Assembly: GCF_009914755.1 (NCBI RefSeq)
Contig: NC_060937.1
Length of the DNA: 64,000 nucleotides
Source of the DNA: the human T2T-CHM13v2.0 reference genome, Homo sapiens
Strand: one strand, 5' to 3'
The position numbers and the translations under genes are program-made. This document shows positions 1 to 11,900 of this stretch, piece after piece (position 1 is the stretch's first letter; each line of letters opens with the position of its first letter). The notes under the pieces are model-generated. The model did no database searches. It was not told the origin of the DNA and worked only from the letters and a program-made list of their open reading frames with translations.

Positions 1-439
1 AAAAATAATAGAAATGATAACATAGCATTAGGAGGAAATATTTAATTAAGTACTATTATATACCAGGCACTAAACCCAGGGTTATCTTTGCCAGGGAGTA
101 AATCATACATATGTTTGCTTTCCATTCATATATATACTCATTGTTTACTAAGGGCACATTGAAATAGACATTAATAAAACGGGCCAAGAGTCTTAAATAT
201 AGAGAATAAATCATATACGCTGCAATTTATTGTGTATGCCTTTGTTTTTCTTTTAAACTTTTAAAATAAAAATAGCTGGCTTAGCCATTGTATGCTAAAG
301 AAAATAAATGTACAACAAATAAAACCCAATGTTTTTGGAAAGGTAATGCTATTTGTCATAACATGTAAATCTCTGTGACCTATTACTACAGAGACTACAC
401 TTATTATTCAAGCTGGAGCAATTGTAAGAATGAAAGGGA

Positions 440-515
440 GAGCTCTTAATAAATACACTGGGATAAGCAGTGTAAACTGAAACTGTTCTGTGCATAGTGG
501 GACATATAGTCACTT
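440..515 (-). mobile_element. MER94-like hAT DNA transposon fragment
   Basis: taataaatacactgggata...gggacatatagtcactt resembles the reverse complement of the MER94 terminus (agggtgaccatatgtccc...); recalled consensus. Confidence 0.5.
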
Positions 516-599
516 GATTTCATACAATGTCTATTTTTTACTTAAATAAAGACATGCTGTTGCATTGGCAGACATTTTGAACTCTGACCCACACAATTA

Positions 600-842
600 T
601 TTGTGGGTCCAGAGACTTTCATCTCTGACATGTGGCTTCTAAGGGTACACTGGGTTTTGCCTTTGGGGAGGATTTATGGATCATGCCTGGAAATGAGGCA
701 ATCATATTCACCCACATTCTGTTGGCAAGAAATCAGTCATTTGGCCACATCTAAATACAATGGTGGCTTCAAATTGTAGTCCATTTAAATAGCCAGGAGG
801 AAAGGGAAAATGGTTCAGTAATAGCCAGCCAGTATTTTTCCA
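600..842 (-). mobile_element. Old MLT1 (MaLR) LTR fragment
   Basis: cacattctgttggcaagaaatcagtcatttggccacatctaa...aaattgtagtcc...ccaggagga is typical of MLT1J/K/L-type LTRs; very diverged. Confidence 0.45.
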
Positions 843-1134
843 TAGCTTAAAAATAGAAAATTTTAAATAATCTTTGTATGTTTACAGAAACATGCAAAAA
901 ATTGGATCCAGAAGAAATACAACTGTAGGTTGATATTATATTTTATCTCTCGAACATTGCTATTCTGATATTTCTAAACTAGCCCTGAAAGAGATTCAGT
1001 TAAAATATGTAAGACAGAATTTATCTCCTATTAGATTACACTGTTCAAAAATTCTGTCACATCTAATTTTTATCAGAACCCATGTGCCTAATCCCATTTT
1101 ATTTCAACAACTCTATATAATATAAAGAGCACAA

Positions 1135-1341
1135 GATTCCTAGTCAGAAAGACCTCAGTCACAATCCTGATTGCTGTTTATTTGATGAAGGATCTTGAAG
1201 AAGCTACTTAACCTTTTTAAGCCTCAGTTTCCTGTCCTGTAAAATGGAAGCAAATGCCTATCTCAGAAGGTTGTGAGAATTAATTAAGATGAGTACTTAA
1301 CATGCCAAGTTTAATGCTTTCCCCATAACAGATGGTCAATA
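1135..1341 (+). mobile_element. MIR SINE
   Basis: Core motif acttaacctttttaagcctcagtttcctgtcctgtaaaatgg...ggttgtgagaattaa. Confidence 0.75.
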
Positions 1342-2106
1342 AGACTGATCCCTTTCTCCTAGAGTAGTTAACTTCTGTGGGATTAAATAATTGCTACTCC
1401 AACAACTGTCCCCTCTCTCTAATTAATAAAGCATTCAACTGGAAAGACTTCATTTTAATCTGAAGTGCAGACATTTTGTAGTTGCTAAAGTGTTTACAAA
1501 AGTTACTCTTCTTCAAATACAATTTAAAAATAATTTAGTGTAACAAATCCTATTCTCCCCACCTCTCTAATTTTGTATGATGACTTCACACATTGAGTTC
1601 ATTGTTCAAAAGATTTCTGAGATGTTATGAGTGCAGAAAGGCACAAACTAATTTTCATGCCATAATAAATTTAATTTTTTATCAAAGGAATGGAGAGATT
1701 TTTTTTTTTTTTTTTTTCAGAAATAACGGTGCCTTAAAAGATAGTTGAGACTAGGGAAGAATGATGTGGAAATAGAAGGTGAGCTCTCAGAACCTGACAG
1801 TACACCAGCGCAAGTTCGTGCTCTAACAATTGGCGTGTGTCACAAACTAGGTGATTCTTCAGGAGACTAAAGGTTGAATATAATCCTAGCAATCTTCGTG
1901 TCTAAGTAGGCTCTTCAGCAATATCTTTGTTTTGGGGCTTTGGTAACACATAGAGTCTACTTGAGTTTTAAGGCTGCTTTTTACCAATGTCTCAAAAGAA
2001 TTTGAAAGCCTAACAGAATTTAATACTAGCTACTAAAATCAGAGCAGGCTGTCACAGAGAGTTTAAAATTTTTTTTCTGAAAAGTAAGAACATTTTGGTT
2101 TTCTGA

Positions 2107-2496
<390 letters not shown>

Positions 2497-4479
2497 AAGA
2501 GCCCACTGTTTTAAGTCTACAAGTGGTGTTAAATTATTTCTCTGCATAAAGGATTTATAACAAAATTAAAGGACTAACTTCATTCCAGGTTATGTTTGGT
2601 TGCTTAATAACATTTGGGAAGGGAAGAATCCACTTGTAGCTAAGAAAATACAGGTAAACCCATGAAGAATTCTGCCTCTATTTTCATATTTAACCACCTG
2701 CCTTATCATCCCAGATATTCCCTGTTTGGCCACGACCCTCATTGTGTCCCTTTTCCTGATGGCCTTAATTCCCATGAGTTTCTAACTGCCACATACTAGT
2801 CTTTATTGCACCTCATTTTTTCAGGGTTCCAGATGCAGACTATATTTTCTGATAAATGAATCTTGGCCAAGTGTTAATGAGCAAGGACTAGAAAGATGAT
2901 TTTTGGTAATATATTCATTTTAGCTGAGACGTTTAGACAAATTTACTCTGCACTTGTTTTCTAAAACATAAATGGCTGGCATTTTAGGCTTGCATAGAGC
3001 TGATTTTAATGACACTTAAATATAGGGTGGACCATCGTTATCAGCAACCCTGTGTTCCTTTGTGGCAAGAAAAAAGGTTGGACCAAATTGATTAGTCTGG
3101 TGGCTCTTTATTAATATTTTGAAGGAATGTCTGTAAAATAAATTGTGGTGCGGTGCCATGTGCCTCCAGGGACCTCTAACACATTTTTAGTGCTTGTTAA
3201 ATTCAAAGTGATGCTGAAATTATAGCAAAGTAATAACAAACTGACCAAAGTTTAATAGCAAACTTTCATTTTCTGCATCAAGCATTTGCTGAATACAGAC
3301 CTAGAAATTTAAATCTGGCCTTCTCCGGAGATGAGCAGTTCTCATGAACAGACCAAGAAATTCGCCTGTAGGCCTTCAAAGAGTTCACTTGAAGGTCTCC
3401 TTTCACTAGGGCAGATGATTTAGCAGGAAGGATGGGCTGCAGAAATGTTGTCTTTTCCAATTTCACACTTTTCTTTCCTCAGTCTTAGCTTATAAAGATC
3501 TAATTTTCCCTCCTTTTTGCATCATTTTTCATATCTTGACACAGGGCATCTCTCATATTTCTGCTCAGATCAAGGGCAGAGCTAGGCAGATCAAGGTATA
3601 ATAAGTTTTAGCTAAATGTTTATGCCAGTTTTGAAAATTTACAGCTTGCATGGAATACTTGCAGAGGTCATAGAAAAAAATTATTTTTTTCTTACTTAAA
3701 TTACTTTAATTTAGTCTAACAAATCAAAAGTCAAATGCAATGCAACCTATTCTATGGTTCATAGATTTCTAAAATAATATTGAAATTGATCCCAGAGGAC
3801 TAGAAGGTATTGCATTGTTTTGAAGATGAGCGATGAAAATAATTGTTCATTCTTACCAAGCAAAATATTATTTATGGGAAGAACAATGAGAAACCGGGAG
3901 ATTCCACAGCCAGATGGGTGGCCTTGTGTAGAAAAAACACATCTGATTAAATTTTGTACTTTGGTGTCAGGTAGACACAGCAAATATTGATAACTCATTC
4001 CATAATGGATTCCTTGTCTTTTTAGGATTCATATGGTCAGCCTTCTTATGAAAATTTAAAAACAAAGTTTGTTTTTTTAATAGTTATAGTCTGTTAAATT
4101 TTCATAAGAAAATTTATAATATATCATATGATATATTCAAATGGTAGAATCATAAAAGCTTTAAAGTTCATGTTTTCAGATATCTCCACAGGTTTGTGCC
4201 ATTAGTATATCAGACTCACAAGTATATCATTACATCAGACTCACAATTATCAAAGCCTCAACAGTATTCAAATGTGATATTTACAAAATTTGATCACTGC
4301 AATTATACTGATATAATCTATACAGATGATATACACTAAGTTAACTGTTTAAGAGTGGTTTACCCTAGGTCCCCCAGGTAGTCCAAAATCTAGAAGGTTT
4401 TTGACACTATGGATTTGAATGATAATATTATTGTCATCCCCCTAAAACCAACACTAGTTTTTTGGTTGATTCTGGTACT

Positions 4480-4482
<3 letters not shown>

Positions 4483-4520
<38 letters not shown>
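4483..4520. repeat. (GT)19 microsatellite
   Basis: Perfect GT run, seen directly. Confidence 0.97.
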
Positions 4521-4523
<3 letters not shown>

Positions 4524-5092
4524 AAGCATTGGCCAAAGGTAGCAGGTGGCATAGATGGCTGACAAGATCTTTTGCTTTGCCAAAGTAGACCAGAGATTTT
4601 TAAAACAACTGATTTCAGATATTCTATAATTTCTACTGTCCGGGGGAGGCACTGAAGGTTTTTTATCATCTGTTGAGATGAGTTGATTATAAAACAGTTT
4701 TCCTGGTGTTCCTCTTTAACCAAAATCTTCTCCTTCTCTTTGGCCCTTGTTTTCTGAGATAAATCACTCTCTTCTTCCCAAAGCAAAATGAAAGGGGCAA
4801 TTATACCCTTGGTGATTCTTAATTGTCCCAATTAACAAAGTCAGTTTCTGGAGTCTGAGCTGAAAATGAAGCTTACAATTCACCCTCAATACATGAAATT
4901 TGGTAAGTTAATTTGAATCTTTTTTTGTTTGGTCAAGAAAATTCAACTATTTGAATATTGAACTGCAGTCACTATACTGGTACTCTCAATTTAGCTTAGA
5001 ATAAAAATGCGTTCTCTCCCTATATCCTCAGTTAAATTAAAGGGAAGAAAACAAAACAAACAAACAAAAAACAATATTATCACTCAAATAGA

Positions 5093-5972
5093 CTTTATTT
5101 ATTTTTTACAGCCCAGAGGCCTTTATTCTTCTTACAGCGATTCTGCTGTGAATTCGTACGGAATGGGCTCCAGCAGCTCAGGCTACTTTCCACTGGGTCT
5201 CACAAAGTGTGCTTCTCGAAGCAGGCTGGGGCTTCCCTTGAACCCAGGTACCTTTCTCTTTGTCTTCCTTCTTCTTTTTTTTTTTTTTTCTTGAGACAGA
5301 GTCTTGCTTTCTCATCCAGGCTGGAGTGCAGTGGCACGACCTAGGCTCACTGCAACCTCCGCCTCCTGGGTTTAAGTGATTCTCCTGTCTCAGCCTCCCA
5401 AGTAGCTGGGAATACAGGTGCCCACCACCGCACCCAACTAATTTTTGTATTTTTAGTAGAGATGGGGTTTCACCAAGTTGGCCAGGCTGGTCTCAAACTC
5501 CTGAGCTCAAGTGATTCATCTGCTTTGGTCTCTCAAAGTGCTGGGATTACAGGCATGAGCCACCATGCCTGGCCTGGCTTCCTTCTTTTTCTGATTATTT
5601 TCTTTCACATGTTTCAGGATGCTATCTTGGCTCTTCAAGTGCTTAAAATGCTGAACATGTATATTAATTCGCTTGGCAAGAACCTTGCCCTTACCTTGTT
5701 TGCTGACAACATTGCCAGCAGCATGCTGGGGAACATTGTAGACTCTTCCAGTTTTGGATGGCAACTCTTGCAGGGCATTCCGTTTTGAACAATATCTATT
5801 CCCTTGATGTCTACAATATCACCTTTCTTGTAGATTCCCACTTATGTACCTAAAGGAGCAACTCCATGTTTTCCAAAAGGCCTGAAAAACATATAGCAGG
5901 TACCTTGTGTTTTTCTCTTTATGTTTGTCATTTTGGTGAATTACTGGAAAATGGAGGTTCAGGCCAAAAGGC
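5093..5972 (-). pseudogene. RPL21P: RPL21 processed pseudogene, full length, interrupted by an Alu
   Basis: Minus-strand translations [37 protein letters not shown] and KEN.QKKKEA match RPL21. Pyrimidine-rich 5' end (ccttttggcc), ATG at 5931, frameshifts, stop mutated (5141-5143), AATAAA at 5122-5127, poly(A) remnant ~5093-5107, no introns. Confidence 0.95.
5277..5574 (-). mobile_element. Alu (AluS/Jb-like) inserted in the RPL21 pseudogene
   Basis: Full dimer with poly(T). TSD tgtcttccttcttctt (5261-5276) / tggcttccttcttttt (5575-5590), 14/16. Confidence 0.93.
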
Positions 5973-6368
5973 TTAACCAGATATTGTTTTAAGCAGTAAG
6001 TTTTTACTTTTTCCGAATATGTTCCCCTTACATCAAATAAGCATTTTCTCCCTGTGTTAATGCTTATTAATTTGCCAGTGACCGTCAATATATCAAATAA
6101 CTTTACCAAATACTGTTGTAAAAAGCACTGTACTGGCCCAATAGACAAATTAAAACCTAGGTTACGTAATCTAGATGTGCCCCTTGCTTACATGTGGGAG
6201 AATTGGAAAGATTCATTTATTAATGACTGTAATATACAGAGGAATTTAAGTTAAAAGATGTTTTGGAAAAATTCAAATATTGTTACTAAGGGGAAGTAAA
6301 AATAAATATATATGTTTCACATCCCTCGGTCAGAAGAAAGCAAATGCAGTATCTATCAATCCAAATCA

Positions 6369-7050
<682 letters not shown>

Positions 7051-7219
7051 AGGAAACTTTCCAGGCTTATTTAGAAAGAGGTATATGTATTATTTTCTTA
7101 GGCATTTTTGATGGAACATGACCCATCTAGTTCTTGGCTGGGCCTAGAATGAGCAGGCTCAGATATTTTTCTTAGTTTAGGTTATATTCTGCCCTAATAA
7201 CAATGTTTATTAACAACTG

Positions 7220-7760
7220 TTGTAGAGATATCAACATCTGTAGAATGAAATTCATTATTTTTCCCTCTGAAATCAGTTCTGTCTTGGATGCTAAAACCCA
7301 TTAAATTGTAACACAATTCACTCAGGCTGCTAAACTAAACATGTCATCCTTGGCTCTCTTCATCTCTAAAATGTATCTATTGAATCTGACTCCTCCTCTC
7401 CCCCTCACTATCACGGTCTTATTTTAGGCTTTCTTTGATCTAACCAATGTTGTCCCTGGCACTGGACTCATACAAACCTGATCACACCATTTTCTTTAGA
7501 AACCTCTGTTAGTTTCCTTTGCCCAGACTATAGGATCAAAATCTAACTCCTTACATAGTTAAAATGCCCTTAACAATCTGCCCTTCTCCCCACATCTTTC
7601 CAGATTTATCTTTCTCCATTCTTCCTCTAATCTTCCATTCACTTAAAATGTATTGCTATGCTAAGTTTTAAATAATTAACCAAAACACCAGACCCATTAA
7701 TGACTGTTCTTTCACCTACATTCTCTCCTCTTAGAATAACTTTTTCTGATTCCTTTTTTT
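7220..7760 (+). mobile_element. L2 fragment
   Basis: Pyrimidine-rich degenerate L2 motifs (gtcatccttggctctc, ctgatcacaccatt, ataggatcaaaatctaactcctt). Confidence 0.6.
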
Positions 7761-7834
7761 ACTCATTTTTTAAATCTTTAAGTTGCATATAATTTACTCA
7801 GCATATATGTATGTGTGTGTATATATATGATATA

Positions 7835-8056
7835 TAGTCATGTTCACTTAATGATGGGGTGATGTTCTGAGAAATGTGTCACTAGACAATTTTGTCATTG
7901 TGCAAACATAGTTTACTTACACAAACCTAGATGGTATAGCCTACTACACAACTAGGCTATATGGTATAGCCTATTGCTTCTAGGCTGCAAACTGGTACAG
8001 CATGTTACTGTAGTAAATTCTGTAGGTGATTGTAGCACAATAGTAGTTGTATATTT
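7835..8056. mobile_element. Tigger3 (Golem/MER7) left part; continues at 17378
   Basis: TIR-like tagtcatg after TA, then acaaacctagatggtatagcctactacac...cagcatgttactgta, matching the recalled Tigger3 consensus. Confidence 0.85.
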
Positions 8057-8068
8057 ATTTATGTTTTG

Positions 8069-8862
8069 TTGTTTATAAGGTTTTGTTAAAATTAGCTTTA
8101 GCATTAATAATACACCATACAAAGGTAAAATATGGTTTTCTCTTCTGAACAAAATGTGTAATATTAAAAGACAAAAGATTTTGTTTACTTGAGTAAACTG
8201 CAGGGAGAAAATGGAACAGGAGAGACAGATTTAGTTGGCCTCATGCTGTCTTTATTCGGTCTTACTGTTTGGGAAGCAGAATCTCCTCTCTATTAAATGG
8301 TAAATGTTTTTATCACTGTAGCTAAATTAAGGACTATTCTATAGTGACTCATGATCCTGTTTTGTCATATCAAGTGTCTTAAAACTTTGATATTTGACTG
8401 ACTTTCCAATATTAAAATTAATAGTTCTAGCTTCAAACTTTTTGACCTTAAACTAACTTTTTTGGAGATTAGGTTCCCTGAAGTCCAAGAGAGATATAGT
8501 AGGCTTATTAGACTTATTTGTTATGTTAGTACACAGTAAGCCTTGTCAAATGTAAGGTGGTATTTAGCTTTCTTTGGGTTATATTTATATAGACATGTTG
8601 TTCATATATGTTCTAGTATTGTATGACATTCCTGAAAATCTGATATGTCTTGATATATGTTTTCAGTAATAATTATGATTATGTTAAATTGTTGTATGCC
8701 ACAGAAATAAGCAAATTTCCTTGTCAATGGTGTCTTTGACTATGGCTGTCCTAAAACTTGTCATCCACAATTGTTGTTTTGCTTTGATCCTTCTCAAAAA
8801 GTGACTTATAATCGGCTACAGTCCAGGGCTTGCTTTGGAGGAATTTATGAAAATAAAGTCTC
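8069..8862 (+). mobile_element. ERV1 internal fragment (MER4/MER41-int group) without LTRs
   Basis: gagacagatt.agttggcctcatgctgtcttta, cctgaagtccaa.agaga and tgccacagaaataa.caaatttccttgtcaa are characteristic of MER4-group internal sequences. Confidence 0.75.
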
Positions 8863-8890
8863 TTCTTTTCTTCTTTTTTGTAAAAACAGT

Positions 8891-8909
8891 AAAAGAAAGA
8901 AAGAAAGGA

Positions 8910-8949
<40 letters not shown>

Positions 8950-8955
8950 AAAAAT
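8891..8955. repeat. (GAAA)n tetranucleotide microsatellite
   Basis: Seen directly. Confidence 0.95.
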
Positions 8956-8991
8956 ATCATTTTCTTTTGTGTGTGTGTTCATTTGTATATC

Positions 8992-11900
8992 TTTCTTTTT
9001 TAATTTATTTTTTATTTCAATAGGTTTTATGGGAACAGGTGGTGTTTGGCTACATGAATAAGTTCTTTAGTGGTGATTTCTGAGATTTTGGTGCATCATC
9101 ACTCAAGCAGTGTACACTGTACCCAATGTGGAGTCTTTTATCCCTCATCCCCTCCCACCCTTTTTCCCAAGTCCCCAAAGTCCACTGTATCATTCTTATG
9201 CCTTTCAGTCCTCATAGCTCAGCTCTCAATTATGAGAGCATACAATGTTTGGTTTTCCATTCCTGAGTTACTTCACTTAAAATAATAGTCTCCAATTCCA
9301 TGCAGATTGCTGCAAATGCCATTATTTTGTTCCTTTTTATGGCTGAGTAGTGTTCCATGTTGTATATGTACCACATTTTCTTTATCCACTCATTGATTGA
9401 TGGGCATTTGGGCTGATTCTATATTTTTGCAAATTGTGCTGCTATAAACATGCGTGTGCAAGTATCTTTTTCATATAATCACCTCTTTTCCTCTGGGTAG
9501 ATACCAGGAGTGGGATTGCTGGATCAAATGGCAGTTCTACTTTTAGTTCTTTAAGGAATCTCCACACTGTTTTCCACAGTGGTTTTACTAGTTTACATTC
9601 CCACCAACAGTGTAAAAGTGTTCTCCTTCACCACAGCCAGGCCAACATCTATTATTTTATTTTTTTATTTTTTTATTATGGCCATTCTTGCAGGAGTGAG
9701 GTGGTATCACATTGTGGTTTTGATTTGCATTTCCCTGATAATTAGTGATGCTGAGCATTTTTTCATATGCTTGTTGACCATTTGTGTATCTTCTTTTGAT
9801 AATGGCCTATTCATGTCCTTAGTCCACTTTTTGATGGGAGTATTATTATTATTATTATTTTGCAGATTTATTTGAGTTCTTTGTAGATACTGGACATTAG
9901 TCCTTTGTCAGACGTGTGGAATGTGAAGATTTTCTCCCACTGTGTGGGTTGTCTGTTAACTCTGCTGATTATTTCTTTTGCTGTGCAGAAACTTTTTAGT
10001 TTAATTAAATTCCATCTATTTATCTTTGTTTTTGTTGCATTTGCTTTTGGGTTCTTGGTCATGAAATCTTTGCCAAAGCAGATGTATAGGAGGGTTTTTT
10101 TCTGATGTTATCTTCTAGAATTTTTATGGTTTCATGTCTTAGATTTAAGTCTTTGATCCAACTTGGGTTAATTTTTGTATAAGGTGAGAGATGAGGATCC
10201 AATTTACTCTTTTACACGTGGTTTGCCAATTATCCCAGCACCATTTGTTGAATAGGGTGTCCTTTCCCCACTTTATGTTTTGTTTGCTTTGTTGAAGATC
10301 AGTTGTCTGTATTTGACTTATTTCTGGGTTCTCTATTCTGTTCTATTGGTCTATGTGCCTATTTTTATACCAGTACCATGCTGTTTCGGTGACTATGGCC
10401 TTATAATATAGTTTGAAGTTGGGTAATGTGATGCCTCCAGATTTGTTCTTTATGTTTAGTCTTATTTTGGATATGTGGGCTCTTTTTTCGTTCCATATGA
10501 ATTTTAGAAGTTTTTTTTCAAGTTCTGTGAAGAATGATGGTGGTATTTTGATGGGAATTGCATTGAATTTGTAGATTGCTTTTGGCAGTATGGTCATTTT
10601 CACAATATTCATTCTACCCATCCATAAGAATGAGATGTGTTTCTATTTGTTTGTGTCGTCTATAATTTCTTTCAGTAGTGTTTTGTAGCTTTCCTTGTAG
10701 AGGTCTTTAATGTCCTTGGTGAGGTATATTCCTAAGTATTTTGTTTTATTTTTCAGCTGTTGTGAAAGGGGTTGAGTTTTTTATTTGATCTCTCAGCTTG
10801 GTCACTGTCGGTGTATAGCAGAGCTACTGATTTGTGTACATTAATTTTGTATCCTGAAACTTTGCTGAATTCATTTATCAGTTCTAGGAGATTTTTGTAG
10901 GAGTCTCTAGAGTTTTATAAATATATAATTGTATCATCAGCAAACAGTGACAGTTTGGCTTCCTCTTTACCAATTTGGATGCCCTTTATTTCTTTCTCTT
11001 GTCTAATTGCTCTGGCTCGGACTTCCAGTGTTAGGTTGAATAAAAGTGGTGAATGTGGCCATCCTTGTCTTGTTCCAGTTCTCAGGGGGAATGCTCTCAA
11101 CTTTTCTGTGTTCAGAATAATGTTGGCTGTAGGTCTGTCCTAGATGGCTTTTATTACACTGAGGTATATCCCTTGTATGCCCATTTTACTGAGGGTTTTA
11201 ATCATAAAACAATGCTGAATTTTGTCAAATGCATTTTCTGCATCTATTAAGATGATCATGTGATTTTTGCTTTTAATTCTGTTTATGTGGTGTATCACAT
11301 TTATTGACTTGTGAATATTAAACCATCTCTGCATCCCTGGTATGAAACACACTTGATCTTGGTGGATTATCTTTTTGATATGCTGTTGGATTCAGTTACC
11401 TAGTATTTTGTTGAGGATTTTTGCATCTAGGTTTATTAGAGATATTGGTCTATAATTTTCTTCTTTTGTTATGTCCTTCCCTGGTTGTGGTATTAGGGTG
11501 ATACTGGCTTCATAGAATGATTTAGGGAGCGCTCTCTCTTTCTCTGTCTTGTGAAATAGTGTCAATAGGATTAGTACCAATTTTTCTTTGAATGTCTAAT
11601 AGAATTCACCTGTGAATCTGTCTGGTCTTGGACTTTTTTTTTGGTTGGCAATTTTTTATTATCACTTCAATCTCACTGCTTGTTATTGGTTGATTCAGAG
11701 TTTCTATTTCTTCCTGGTTTAATTTAGAAGGGTTGTATAGTTCCAGGAATGTATACATCTCTTCTAGGCTTTCTAGTTTATGTGCATAAAACTGTTCATA
11801 GTAGCCTTGAATGATCTTTTGTATTTCTGTGGTATCAGTTGTAATGTCTCCTGTATTAGTCTGTTTTCATGCTGCTGATAAAAACATACCTGAGACTGGG

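Noticed and set aside
3278-4831. Minus-strand ORFs of 62, 79 and 125 aa in unique DNA
   Set aside because: No recognisable protein similarity and no coherent splice frame; one runs through a GT microsatellite.
5972-6122. ~20-bp similarity cttaaccagatattgtttta / ctttaccaaatactgttgta near the pseudogene 5' end
   Set aside because: Both copies are on the same side of the retrocopy, so it cannot be its TSD. It has several mismatches in AT-rich DNA and is likely chance.
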